Positions 1 through 15,300 of a stretch of DNA of 64,000 nt are shown piece after piece. Position 1 is the first letter of the stretch. Each line of letters starts with the position of its first letter. The notes below the pieces were generated by a model. The model saw only the letters and a program-made list of their open reading frames with translations, was not told where the DNA came from and did not search any database. The stretch lies in assembly GCF_037042905.1 (NCBI RefSeq), contig NC_087252.1:9922001-9986000 (forward strand). Reading direction: 5' to 3'. This DNA comes from Lytechinus pictus (lineage: Eukaryota). The position numbers were made by a program, and so were the translations under genes.

Positions 1-201
1 CTTAAGTACTTAAAGCAAGAGTTAAATGCAGCCGTTCTAGCGATGGGGCAAATTGTATTGAAAACTTTATATTAGTATAATCCATTCGTGTATTTATGAC
101 AAACAACTCAAGGTAAACAAGCCTATGAAACAGGATATCACAAAAAGTATTTTTTAAACTGAATCTTCTATAATATGAAACTGATATTAGTTTAGAAATA
201 C

Positions 202-315
202 CTATCGAACAAATACTCCCAGTAAAGCCAAGAACACAATCGCAGGTGTAAGCGTTTATTCCATCTCTACAGGTTCCGCCATTCATACAACTGTCAGGAC
301 CACAATCGTTAATAT
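202..315 (-). CDS. EGF exon type A (representative): (N/D)[37 protein letters not shown]
   Basis: CCCAG|AT acceptor, G|GTATTT donor, 114 bp, 6 Cys. Confidence 0.9.
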
Positions 316-3300
316 CTGGGATGAAAAGGATACAAATGAGTATAAACAAAACTTGCTGGCAAACATATATTTCATTGCACTCATTCAAATGCATATTTAA
401 ATCAAGGGTTAAAAGCAGCCCGTCTAGCGGTGAGAGACAATGTTTTAAAAATACTTTATAGCTATGATTCATTCGTGTATTTGCAAGTCAAATAGCACAA
501 GATGAACAACCTGATGAAAGAGGATATAACAAAAGTAACAAATTGAATCATCGCCGCTTGAATAATTATTAAAATGTATAATATGGAACTGACAATTTAG
601 CAACCTATTGAACAAATACTTCCAATAAAGCCAATAACACAATCGCAGGTTAAAGACTTTATACCATTTCTACAGGATGCACCATAACTGTCAGGAACAC
701 AATCGTTGATGTATGTAGTAAAGACAGACTTAGTAACCTAATGTTTGTCTTCATGTCCTGTATTTTAATCCTTGTAACACGTGTTTTAAAAGTGCATTTA
801 AATGTTATATCGTAGCTCTTAGGGAAGCAATCTTTATTTATTCCGATCAAAACTACTTTTGAAAAAGACGAAATAAAGGAAACAAATAAAGTATCGTTTA
901 CTTGTTGAGCAAAGTGCACCCGTGAAGCCAGTGACACAATCGCAGGTGTAAGAGTTTATTCCATCTATACACGTTCCTCCATTTATACAACTGTCAGGTG
1001 CACAATCGTTGATATCTGCAATAATAAACATACAAAATTAGTTAATTCTTATTAACAACATCATTACTCATTTACTCGATTATATTTACTTTCATTTATT
1101 TTAATATACATGCATATTTTAATGTAAATATTAGAAGTCTATCAATTAGGCACATTACTTCGGAATTGTTTTCGTTATATAATCAATTAATTGATGATGG
1201 TGATGACAATAATGATAATTAAAATGATAGTGATGAATTGATTGATTAATGTCTCATGCTTAAAAAATGAGAACTAAAGCAACAGCATTAACAAAACCCT
1301 AACGCGACAGTACATCACAATAATTATAAAGTCGAATCTTCTTTCCTTATATAATAAATAGATCTTAGAATTTGGAATCTGATAATGTATTTGACAAATA
1401 CCTATCGAACAAATACTCCCAGTAAAGCCAAGAACACAATCGCAGGTGTAAGAGTTTATCCCATCTCTACAGGATCCACCATTCAGACAACTGTCAGGAC
1501 CACAATTGTTGATATCTGCGATGAATAAAATACAAAATTACTAGGAAATACTTGTTAGCAAACCAAACTTTCATTGCACTTAAGTACTTAAAGCAAGAGT
1601 TAAATGCAGCCGGTCTAGCGATGGGGCAAATTGTATTGAAAACTTTATATTAGTATAATCCATTCGTGTATTTATGACAAACAACTCAAGGTAAACAAGC
1701 TGATGAAACAGGATATCACAACAAGTATTTTTTAAACTGAATCTTCTATAATATGAAACTGATATTAGTTTAGAAATACCTATCGAACAAATACTCCCAG
1801 TAAAGCCAAGAACACAATCGCAGGTGTAAGCGTTTATTCCATCTCTACAGGTTCCGCCATTCATACAACTGTCAGGACCACAATCGTTAATATCTGGGAT
1901 GAAAAAAATACAAATGAGTATAAACAAAACTTGCTGGCAAACATATATTTCATTGCACTCATTCAAATGCATATTTAAATCAAGGGTTAAAAGCAGCCCG
2001 TCTAGCGGTGAGAGACAATGTTTTAAAAATACTTTATAGCTATGATTCATTCGTGTATTTGCAAGTCAAATAGCACAAGATGAACAACCTGATGAAAGAG
2101 GATATAACAAAAGTAACAAATTGAATCTTCGCCGCTTGAATAATTATTAAAATGTATAATATGGAACTGACAATTTAGCAACCTATTGAACAAATACTTC
2201 CAATAAAGCCAATAACACAATCGCAGGTGAACGACTTTATACCATTTCTACAGGATGCACCATAACTGTCAGGAACACAAACGTTGATGTATGTAGTAAA
2301 GACAGACTTAGTAACCTAATGTTTGTCTTCATGTCCTGTATTTTAATCCTTGTAACACGTGTTTTAAAAGTGCATTTAAATGTTATATCGTAGCTCTTAG
2401 GGAAGCAATCTTTATTTATTCCGATCAAAACTACTTTTGAAAAAGTCGAAATAAAGGAAACAAATAAAGTATCGTTTACTTGTTGAGCAAAGTGCACCCG
2501 TGAAGCCAGTGACACAATCGCAGGTGTAAGAGTTTATTCCATCTATACACGTTCCTCCATTTATACAACTGTCAGGTGCACAATCGTTGATATCTGCAAT
2601 AATAAACATACAAAATTAGTTGATTCTTATTAACAACATCATTACTCATTTACTCGATTATATTTACTTTCATTTATTGTAATATACATGCATATTTTAA
2701 TGTATATATTAGAAGTCTATCAATTAGGCACATTACTTCGGAATTGTTTTCGTTATATAATCAATTAATTGATGATGGTGATGACAATAATGGTAATTAT
2801 AATGATAGTGATGAATCGATTGATTAATGTCTCATGCTTAAAAAATGAGAACTAAAGCAACAGCATTAACAAAACCCTAACGCGACAGTACATCACAATA
2901 ATTATAAAGTCGAATCTTCTTTCCTTATATAATATGTAGATCTTAGAATTTGGAATCTGATAATGTATTTGACAAATACCTATCGAACAAATACTCCCAG
3001 TAAAGCCAAGAACACAATCGCAGGTGTAAGCGTTTATTCCATCTCTACAGGTTCCGCCATTCATACAACTGTCAGGACCACAATCGTTAATATCTGGGAT
3101 GAAAAAAATACAAATGAGTATAAACAACACTTGCTGGCAAACATATATTTCATTGCACTCATTCAAATGCATATTTAAATCAAGGGTTAAAAGCAGCCCG
3201 TCTAGCGGTGAGAGACAATGTTTTAAAAATACTTTATAGCTATGATTCATTCGTGTATTTGCAAGTCAAATAGCACACGATGAACAACCTGATGAAAGAG

Positions 3301-6300
3301 GATATAACAAAAGTAACAAATTGAATCTTCACCGCTTGAATAATTATTAAAATGTATAATATGGAACTGACAATTTAGCAACCTATTGAACAAATACTTC
3401 CAATAAAGCCAATAACACAATCGCAGGTGAAAGACTTTATACCATTTCTACAGGATGCACCATAACTGTCAGGAACACAATCGTTGATGTATGTAGTAAA
3501 GACAGACTTAGTAACCTAATGTTTGTCTTCATGTCCTGTATTTTAATCCTTGTAACACGTGTTTTAAAAGTGCATTTAAATGTTATATCGTAGCTCTTAG
3601 GGAAGCAATCTTTATTTATTCCGATCAAAACTACTTTTGAAAAAGTCGAAATAAAGGAAACAAATAAAGTATCGTTTACTTGTTGAGCAAAGTGCACCCG
3701 TGAAGCCAGTGACACAATCGCAGGTGTAAGAGTTTATTCCATCTATACACGTTCCTCCATTTATACAACTGTCAGGTGCACAATCGTTGATATCTGCAAT
3801 AATAAACATACAAAATTAGTTGATTCTTATTAACAACATCATTACTCATTTACTCGATTATATTTACTTTCATTTAGTGTAATATACATGCATATTTTAA
3901 TGTATATATTAGAAGTCTATCAATTAGGCACATTACTTCGGAATTGTTTTCGTTATTTAATCAATTAATTGATGATGGTGATGACAATAATGGTAATTAT
4001 AATGATAGTGATGAATCGATTGATTAATGTCTCATGCTTAAAAAATGAGAACTAAAGCAACAGCATTAACAAAACCCTAACGCGACAGTACATCACAATA
4101 ATTATAAAGTCGAATCTTCTTTCCTTATATAATATGTAGATCTTAGAATTTGGAATCTGATAATGTATTTGACAAATACCTATCGAACAAATACTCCCAG
4201 TAAAGCCAAGAACACAATCGCAGGTGTAAGAGTTTATCCCATCTCTACAGGTTCCACCATTCAGACAACTGTCAGGACCACAATTGTTGATATCTGCGAT
4301 GAATAAAATACAAAATTACTAAGAAATACTTGTTAGCAAACCAAACTTTCATTGCACTTAAGTACTTAAAGCAAGAGTTAAATGCAGCCGGTCTAGCGAT
4401 GGGGCAAATTGTATTGAAAACATTATATTAGTATAATCCATTCGTGTATTTATGACAAACAACTCAAGGTAAACAAGCTGATGAAACAGGATATCACAAA
4501 AAGTATTTTTTAAACTGAATCTTCTATAATATGAAACTGATATTAGTTTAGAAATACCTATCGAACAAATACTCCCAGTAAAGCCAAGAACACAATCGCA
4601 GGTGTAAGCGTTTATTCCATCTCTACAGGTTCCGCCATTCATACAACTGTCAGGACCACAATCGTTAATATCTGGGATGAAAAAAATACAAATGAGTATA
4701 AACAAAACTTGCTGGCAAACATATATTTCATTGCACTCATTCAAATGCATATTTAAATCAAGGGTTAAAAGCAGCCCGTCTAGCGGTGAGAGACAATGTT
4801 TTAAAAATACTTTATAGCTATGATTCATTCGTGTATTTGCAAGTCAAATAGCACAAGATGAACAACCTGATGAAAGAGGATATAACAAAAGTAACAAATT
4901 GAATCTTCGCCGCTTGAATAATTATTAAAATGTATAATATGGAACTGACAATTTAGCAACCTATTGAACAAATACTTCCAATAAAGCCAATAACACAATC
5001 GCAGGTGAAAGACTTTATACCATTTCTACAGGATGCACCATAACTGTCAGGAACACAATCGTTGATGTATGTAGTAAAGACAGACTTAGTAACCTAATGT
5101 TTGTCTTCATGTCCTGTATTTTAATCCTTGTAACACGTGTTTTAAAAGTGCATTTAAATGTTATATCGTAGCTCTTAGGGAAGCAATCTTTATTTATTCC
5201 GATCAAAACTACTTTTGAAAAAGTCGAAATAAAGGAAACAAATAAAGTATCGTTTACTTGTTGAGCAAAGTGCACCCGTGAAGCCAGTGACACAATCGCA
5301 GGTGTAAGAGTTTATTCCATCTATACACGTTCCTCCATTTATACAACTGTCAGGTGCACAATCGTTGATATCTGCAATAATAAACATACAAAATTAGTTG
5401 ATTCTTATTAACAACATCATTACTCATTTACTCGATTATATTTACTTTCATTTATTGTAATATACATGCATATTTTAATGTATATATTAGAAGTCTATCA
5501 ATTAGGCACATTACTTCGGAATTGTTTTCGTTATATAATCAATTAATTGATGATGGTGATGACAATAATGGTAATTATAATGATAGTGATGAATCGATTG
5601 ATTAATGTCTCATGCTTAAAAAATGAGAACTAAAGCAACAGCATTAACAAAACCCTAACGCGACAGTACATCACAATAATTATAAAGTCGAATCTTCTTT
5701 CCTTATATAATATGTAGATTTTAGAATTTGGAATCTGATAATGTATTTGACAAATACCTATCGAACAAATACTCCCAGTAAAGCCAAGAACACAATCGCA
5801 GGTGTAAGAGTTTATCCCATCTCTACAGGTTCCACCATTCAGACAACTGTCAGGACCACAATTGTTGATATCTGCGATGAATAAAATACAAAATTACTAA
5901 GAAATACTTGTTAGCAAACCAAACTTTCATTGCACTTAAGTACTTAAAGCAAGAGTTAAATGCAGCCGGTCTAGCGATGGGGCAAATTGTATTGAAAACA
6001 TTATATTAGTATAATCCATTCGTGTATTTATGACAAACAACTCAAGGTAAACAAGCTGATGAAACAGGATATCACAAAAAGTATTTTTTAAACTGAATCT
6101 TCTATAATATGAAACTGATATTAGTTTAGAAATACCTATCGAACAAATACTCCCAGTAAAGCCAAGAACACAATCGCAGGTGTAAGCGTTTATTCCATCT
6201 CTACAGGTTCCGCCATTCATACAACTGTCAGGACCACAATCGTTAATATCTGGGATGAAAAAAATACAAATGAGTATAAACAAAACTTGCTGGCAAACAT

Positions 6301-9300
6301 ATATTTCATTGCACTCATTCAAATGCATATTTAAATCAAGGGTTAAAAGCAGCCCGTCTAGCGGTGAGAGACAATGTTTTAAAAATACTTTATAGCTATG
6401 ATTCATTCGTGTATTTGCAAGTCAAATAGCACAAGATGAACAACCTGATGAAAGAGGATATAACAAAAGTAACAAATTGAATCTTCGCCGCTTGAATAAT
6501 TATTAAAATGTATAATATGGAACTGACAATTTAGCAACCTATTGAACAAATACTTCCAATAAAGCCAATAACACAATCGCAGGTGAAAGACTTTATACCA
6601 TTTCTACAGGATGCACCATAACTGTCAGGAACACAATCGTTGATGTATGTAGTAAAGACAGACTTAGTAACCTAATGTTTGTCTTCATGTCCTGTATTTT
6701 AATCCTTGTAACACGTGTTTTAAAAGTGCATTTAAATGTTATATCGTAGCTCTTAGGGAAGCAATCTTTATTTATTCCGATCAAAACTACTTTTGAAAAA
6801 GTCGAAATAAAGGAAACAAATAAAGTATCGTTTACTTGTTGAGCAAAGTGCACCCGTGAAGCCAGTGACACAATCGCAGGTGTAAGAGTTTATTCCATCT
6901 ATACACGTTCCTCCATTTATACAACTGTCAGGTGCACAATCGTTGATATCTGCAATAATAAACATACAAAATTAGTTGATTCTTATTAACAACATCATTA
7001 CTCATTTACTCGATTATATTTACTTTCATTTATTGTAATATACATGCATATTTTAATGTATATATTAGAAGTCTATCAATTAGGCACATTACTTCGGAAT
7101 TGTTTTCGTTATATAATCAATTAATTGATGATGGTGATGACAATAATGGTAATTATAATGATAGTGATGAATCGATTGATTAATGTCTCATGCTTAAAAA
7201 ATGAGAACTAAAGCAACAGCATTAACAAAACCTAACGCGACAGTACATCACAATAATTATAAAGTCGAATCTTCTTTCCTTATATAATATGTAGATCTTA
7301 GAATTTGGAATCTGATAATGTATTTGACAAATACCTATCGAACAAATACTCCCAGTAAAGCCAAGAACACAATCGCAGGTGTAAGAGTTTATCCCATCTC
7401 TACAGGTTCCACCATTCAGACAACTGTCAGGACCACAATTGTTGATATCTGCGATGAATAAAATACAAAATTACTAAGAAATACTTGTTAGCAAACCAAA
7501 CTTTCATTGCACTTAAGTACTTAAAGCAAGAGTTAAATGCAGCCGGTCTAGCGATGGGGCAAATTGTATTGAAAACATTATATTAGTATAATCCATTCGT
7601 GTATTTATGACAAACAACTCAAGGTAAACAAGCCTATGAAACAGGATATCACAAAAAGTATTTTTTAAACTGAATCTTCTATAATATGGAACTGATATTA
7701 GTTTAGAAATACCTATCGAACAAATACTCCCAGTAAAGCCAAGAACACAATCGCAGGTGTAAGAGTTTATTCCATCTCTACAGGTTCCGCCATTCATACA
7801 ACTGTCAGGACCACAATCGTTAATATCTGGGATGAAAAGGATACAAATGAGTATAAACAAAACTTGCTGGCAAACATATATTTCATTGCACTCATTCAAA
7901 TGCATATTTAAATCAAGGGTTAAAAGCAGCCCGTCTAGCGGTGAGAGACAATGTTTTAAAAATACTTTATAGCTATGATTCATTCGTGTATTTGCAAGTC
8001 AAATAGCACAAGATGAACAACCTGATGAAAGAGGATATAACAAAAGTAACAAATTGAATCTTTGCCGCTTGAATAATTATTAAAATGTATAATATGGAAC
8101 TGACAATTTAGCAACCTATTGAACAAATACTTCCAATAAAGCCAATAACACAATCGCAGGTGAAAGACTTTATACCATTTCTACAGGATGCACCATAACT
8201 GTCAGGAACACAATCGTTGATGTATGTAGTAAAGACAGACTTAGTAACCTAATGTTTGTCTTCATGTCCTGTATTTTAATCCTTGTAACACGTGTTTTAA
8301 AAGTGCATTTAAATGTTATATCGTAGCTCTTAGGGAAGCAATCTTTATTTATTCCGATCAAAACTACTTTTGAAAAAGTCGAAATAAAGGAAACAAATAA
8401 AGTATCGTTTACTTGTTGAGCAAAGTGCACCCGTGAAGCCAGTGACACAATCGCAGGTGTAAGAGTTTATTCCATCTATACACGTTCCTCCATTTATACA
8501 ACTGTCAGGTGCACAATCGTTGATATCTGCAATAATAAACATACAAAATTAGTTGATTCTTATTAACAACATCATTACTCATTTACTCGATTATATTTAC
8601 TTTCATTTATTGTAATATACATGCATATTTTAATGTATATATTAGAAGTCTATCAATTAGGCACATTACTTCGGAATTGTTTTCGTTATATAATCAATTA
8701 ATTGATGATGGTGATGACAATAATGGTAATTATAATGATAGTGATGAATCGATTGATTAATGTCTCATGCTTAAAAAATGAGAACTAAAGCAACAGCATT
8801 AACAAAACCCTAACGCGACAGTACATCACAATAATTATAAAGTCGAATCTTCTTTCCTTATATAATATGTAGATCTTAGAATTTGGAATCTGATAATGTA
8901 TTTGACAAATACCTATCGAACAAATACTCCCAGTAAAGCCAAGAACACAATCGCAGGTGTAAGAGTTTATCCCATCTCTACAGGTTCCACCATTCAGACA
9001 ACTGTCAGGACCACAATTGTTGATATCTGCGATGAATAAAATACAAAATTACTAAGAAATACTTGTTAGCAAACCAAACTTTCATTGCACTTAAGTACTT
9101 AAAGCAAGAGTTAAATGCAGCCGGTCTAGCGATGGGGCAAATTGTATTGAAAACATTATATTAGTATAATCCATTCGTGTATTTATGACAAACAACTCAA
9201 GGTAAACAAGCTGATGAAACAGGATATCACAAAAAGTATTTTTTAAACTGAATCTTCTATAATATGAAACTGATATTAGTTTAGAAATACCTATCGAACA

Positions 9301-12300
9301 AATACTCCCAGTAAAGCCAAGAACACAATCGCAGGTGTAAGCGTTTATTCCATCTCTACAGGTTCCGCCATTCATACAACTGTCAGGACCACAATCGTTA
9401 ATATCTGGGATGAAAAAAATACAAATGAGTATAAACAAAACTTGCTGGCAAACATATATTTCATTGCACTCATTCAAATGCATATTTAAATCAAGGGTTA
9501 AAAGCAGCCCGTCTAGCGGTGAGAGACAATGTTTTAAAAATACTTTATAGCTATGATTCATTCGTGTATTTGCAAGTCAAATAGCACAAGATGAACAACC
9601 TGATGAAAGAGGATATAACAAAAGTAACAAATTGAATCTTCGCCGCTTGAATAATTATTAAAATGTATAATATGGAACTGACAATTTAGCAACCTATTGA
9701 ACAAATACTTCCAATAAAGCCAATAACACAATCGCAGGTGAAAGACTTTATACCATTTCTACAGGATGCACCATAACTGTCAGGAACACAATCGTTGATG
9801 TATGTAGTAAAGACAGACTTAGTAACCTAATGTTTGTCTTCATGTCCTGTATTTTAATCCTTGTAACACGTGTTTTAAAAGTGCATTTAAATGTTATATC
9901 GTAGCTCTTAGGGAAGCAATCTTTATTTATTCCGATCAAAACTACTTTTGAAAAAGTCGAAATAAAGGAAACAAATAAAGTATCGTTTACTTGTTGAGCA
10001 AAGTGCACCCGTGAAGCCAGTGACACAATCGCAGGTGTAAGAGTTTATTCCATCTATACACGTTCCTCCATTTATACAACTGTCAGGTGCACAATCGTTG
10101 ATATCTGCAATAATAAACATACAAAATTAGTTGATTCTTATTAACAACATCATTACTCATTTACTCGATTATATTTACTTTCATTTATTGTAATATACAT
10201 GCATATTTTAATGTATATATTAGAAGTCTATCAATTAGGCACATTACTTCGGAATTGTTTTCGTTATATAATCAATTAATTGATGATGGTGATGACAATA
10301 ATGGTAATTATAATGATAGTGATGAATCGATTGATTAATGTCTCATGCTAAAAAAATGAGAACTAAAGCAACAGCATTAACAAAACCTAACGCGACAGTA
10401 CATCACAATAATTATAAAGTCGAATCTTCTTTCCTTATATAATATGTAGATCTTAGAATTTGGAATCTGATAATGTATTTGACAAATACCTATCGAACAA
10501 ATACTCCCAGTAAAGCCAAGAACACAATCGCAGGTGTAAGAGTTTATCCCATCTCTACAGGTTCCACCATTCAGACAACTGTCAGGACCACAATTGTTGA
10601 TATCTGCGATGAATAAAATACAAAATTACTAAGAAATACTTGTTAGCAAACCAAACTTTCATTGCACTTAAGTACTTAAAGCAAGAGTTAAATGCAGCCG
10701 GTCTAGCGATGGGGCAAATTGTATTGAAAACATTATATTAGTATAATCCATTCGTGTATTTATGACAAACAACTCAAGGTAAACAAGCCTATGAAACAGG
10801 ATATCACAAAAAGTATTTTTTAAACTGAATCTTCTATAATATGGAACTGATATTAGTTTAGAAATACCTATCGAACAAATACTCCCAGTAAAGCCAAGAA
10901 CACAATCGCAGGTGTAAGAGTTTATTCCATCTCTACAGGTTCCGCCATTCATACAACTGTCAGGACCACAATCGTTAATATCTGGGATGAAAAGGATACA
11001 AATGAGTATAAACAAAACTTGCTGGCAAACATATATTTCATTGCACTCATTCAAATGCATATTTAAATCAAGGGTTAAAAGCAGCCCGTCTAGCGGTGAG
11101 AGACAATGTTTTAAAAATACTTTATAGCTATGATTCATTCGTGTATTTGCAAGTCAAATAGCACAAGATGAACAACCTGATGAAAGAGGATATAACAAAA
11201 GTAACAAATTGAATCTTTGCCGCTTGAATAATTATTAAAATGTATAATATGGAACTGACAATTTAGCAACCTATTGAACAAATACTTCCAATAAAGCCAA
11301 TAACACAATCGCAGGTGAAAGACTTTATACCATTTCTACAGGATGCACCATAACTGTCAGGAACACAATCGTTGATGTATGTAGTAAAGACAGACTTAGT
11401 AACCTAATGTTTGTCTTCATGTCCTGTATTTTAATCCTTGTAACACGTGTTTTAAAAGTGCATTTAAATGTTATATCGTAGCTCTTAGGGAAGCAATCTT
11501 TATTTATTCCGATCAAAACTACTTTTGAAAAAGTCGAAATAAAGGAAACAAATAAAGTATCGTTTACTTGTTGAGCAAAGTGCACCCGTGAAGCCAGTGA
11601 CACAATCGCAGGTGTAAGAGTTTATTCCATCTATACACGTTCCTCCATTTATACAACTGTCAGGTGCACAATCGTTGATATCTGCAATAATAAACATACA
11701 AAATTAGTTGATTCTTATTAACAACATCATTACTCATTTACTCGATTATATTTACTTTCATTTATTGTAATATACATGCATATTTTAATGTATATATTAG
11801 AAGTCTATCAATTAGGCACATTACTTCGGAATTGTTTTCGTTATATAATCAATTAATTGATGATGGTGATGACAATAATGGTAATTATAATGATAGTGAT
11901 GAATCGATTGATTAATGTCTCATGCTTAAAAAATGAGAACTAAAGCAACAGCATTAACAAAACCTAACGCGACAGTACATCACAATAATTATAAAGTCGA
12001 ATCTTCTTTCCTTATATAATATGTAGATCTTAGAATTTGGAATCTGATAATGTATTTGACAAATACCTATCGAACAAATACTCCCAGTAAAGCCAAGAAC
12101 ACAATCGCAGGTGTAAGAGTTTATCCCATCTCTACAGGTTCCACCATTCAGACAACTGTCAGGACCACAATTGTTGATATCTGCGATGAATAAAATACAA
12201 AATTACTAAGAAATACTTGTTAGCAAACCAAACTTTCATTGCACTTAAGTACTTAAAGCAAGAGTTAAATGCAGCCGGTCTAGCGATGGGGCAAATTGTA

Positions 12301-15300
12301 TTGAAAACATTATATTAGTATAATCCATTCGTGTATTTATGACAAACAACTCAAGGTAAACAAGCTGATGAAACAGGATATCACAAAAAGTATTTTTTAA
12401 ACTGAATCTTCTATAATATGAAACTGATATTAGTTTAGAAATACCTATCGAACAAATACTCCCAGTAAAGCCAAGAACACAATCGCAGGTGTAAGCGTTT
12501 ATTCCATCTCTACAGGTTCCGCCATTCATACAACTGTCAGGACCACAATCGTTAATATCTGGGATGAAAAAAATACAAATGAGTATAAACAAAACTTGCT
12601 GGCAAACATATATTTCATTGCACTCATTCAAATGCATATTTAAATCAAGGGTTAAAAGCAGCCCGTCTAGCGGTGAGAGACAATGTTTTAAAAATACTTT
12701 ATAGCTATGATTCATTCGTGTATTTGCAAGTCAAATAGCACAAGATGAACAACCTGATGAAAGAGGATATAACAAAAGTAACAAATTGAATCTTCGCCGC
12801 TTGAATAATTATTAAAATGTATAATATGGAACTGACAATTTAGCAACCTATTGAACAAATACTTCCAATAAAGCCAATAACACAATCGCAGGTGAAAGAC
12901 TTTATACCATTTCTACAGGATGCACCATAACTGTCAGGAACACAATCGTTGATGTATGTAGTAAAGACAGACTTAGTAACCTAATGTTTGTCTTCATGTG
13001 CTGTATTTTAATCCTTGTAACACGTGTTTTAAAAGTGCATTTAAATGTTATATCGTAGCTCTTAGGGAAGCAATCTTTATTTATTCCGATCAAAACTACT
13101 TTTGAAAAAGTCGAAATAAAGGAAACAAATAAAGTATCGTTTACTTGTTGAGCAAAGTGCACCCGTGAAGCCAGTGACACAATCGCAGGTGTAAGAGTTT
13201 ATTCCATCTATACACGTTCCTCCATTTATACAACTGTCAGGTGCACAATCGTTGATATCTGCAATAATAAACATACAAAATTAGTTGATTCTTATTAACA
13301 ACATCATTACTCATTTACTCGATTATATTTACTTTCATTTATTGTAATATACATGCATATTTTAATGTATATATTAGAAGTCTATCAATTAGGCACATTA
13401 CTTCGGAATTGTTTTCGTTATATAATCAATTAATTGATGATGGTGATGACAATAATGGTAATTATAATGATAGTGATGAATCGATTGATTAATGTCTCAT
13501 GCTAAAAAAATGAGAACTAAAGCAACAGCATTAACAAAACCTAACGCGACAGTACATCACAATAATTATAAAGTCGAATCTTCTTTCCTTATATAATATG
13601 TAGATCTTAGAATTTGGAATCTGATAATGTATTTGACAAATACCTATCGAACAAATACTCCCAGTAAAGCCAAGAACACAATCGCAGGTGTAAGAGTTTA
13701 TCCCATCTCTACAGGTTCCACCATTCAGACAACTGTCAGGACCACAATTGTTGATATCTGCGATGAATAAAATACAAAATTACTAAGAAATACTTGTTAG
13801 CAAACCAAACTTTCATTGCACTTAAGTACTAAAAGCAAGAGTTAAATGCAGCCGGTCTAGCGATGGGGCAAATTGTATTGAAAACATTATATTAGTATAA
13901 TCCATTCGTGTATTTATGACAAACAACTCAAGGTAAACAAGCCTATGAAACAGGATATCACAAAAAGTATTTTTTAAACTGAATCTTCTATAATATGGAA
14001 CTGATATTAGTTTAGAAATACCTATCGAACAAATACTCCCAGTAAAGCCAAGAACACAATCGCAGGTGTAAGAGTTTATTCCATCTCTACAGGTTCCGCC
14101 ATTCATACAACTGTCAGGACCACAATCGTTAATATCTGGGATGAAAAGGATACAAATGAGTATAAACAAAACTTGCTGGCAAACATATATTTCATTGCAC
14201 TCATTCAAATGCATATTTAAATCAAGGGTTAAAAGCAGCCCGTCTAGCGGTGAGAGACAATGTTTTAAAAATACTTTATAGCTATGATTCATTCGTGTAT
14301 TTGCAAGTCAAATAGCACAAGATGAACAACCTGATGAAAGAGGATATAACAAAAGTAACAAATTGAATCTTTGCCGCTTGAATAATTATTAAAATGTATA
14401 ATATAGAACTGACAATTTAGCAACCTATTGAACAAATACTTCCAATAAAGCCAATAACACAATCGCAGGTGAAAGACTTTATACCATTTCTACAGGATGC
14501 ACCATAACTGTCAGGAACACAATCGTTGATGTATGTAGTAAAGACAGACTTAGTAACCTAATGTTTGTCTTCATGTCCTGTATTTTAATCCTTGTAACAC
14601 GTGTTTTAAAAGTGCATTTAAATGTTATATCGTAGCTCTTAGGGAAGCAATCTTTATTTATTCCGATCAAAACTACTTTTGAAAAAGTCGAAATAAAGGA
14701 AACAAATAAAGTATCGTTTACTTGTTGAGCAAAGTGCACCCGTGAAGCCAGTGACACAATCGCAGGTGTAAGAGTTCATTCCATCTATACACGTTCCTCC
14801 ATTTATACAACTGTCAGGTGCACAATCGTTGATATCTGCAATAATAAACATACAAAATTAGTTGATTCTTATTAACAACATCATTACTCATTTACTCGAT
14901 TATATTTACTTTCATTTATTGTAATATACATGCATATTTTAATGTATATATTAGAAGTCTATCAATTAGGCACATTACTTCGGAATTGTTTTCGTTATAT
15001 AATCAATTAATTGATGATGGTGATGACAATAATGGTAATTATAATGATAGTGATGAATCGATTGATTAATGTCTCATGCTTAAAAAATGAGAACTAAAGC
15101 AACAGCATTAACAAAACCTAACGCGACAGTACATCACAATAATTATAAAGTCGAATCTTCTTTCCTTATATAATATGTAGATCTTAGAATTTGGAATCTG
15201 ATAATGTATTTGACAAATACCTATCGAACAAATACTCCCAGTAAAGCCAAGAACACAATCGCAGGTGTAAGAGTTTATCCCATCTCTACAGGTTCCACCA

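Noticed and set aside
705..740. psi-B acceptor as a U12 AT-AC intron end (…CATAC|ATC)
   Set aside because: The upstream donor is GTAAAC rather than RTATCCTT, no TCCTTAAC branch site is visible, and the frame would shift.
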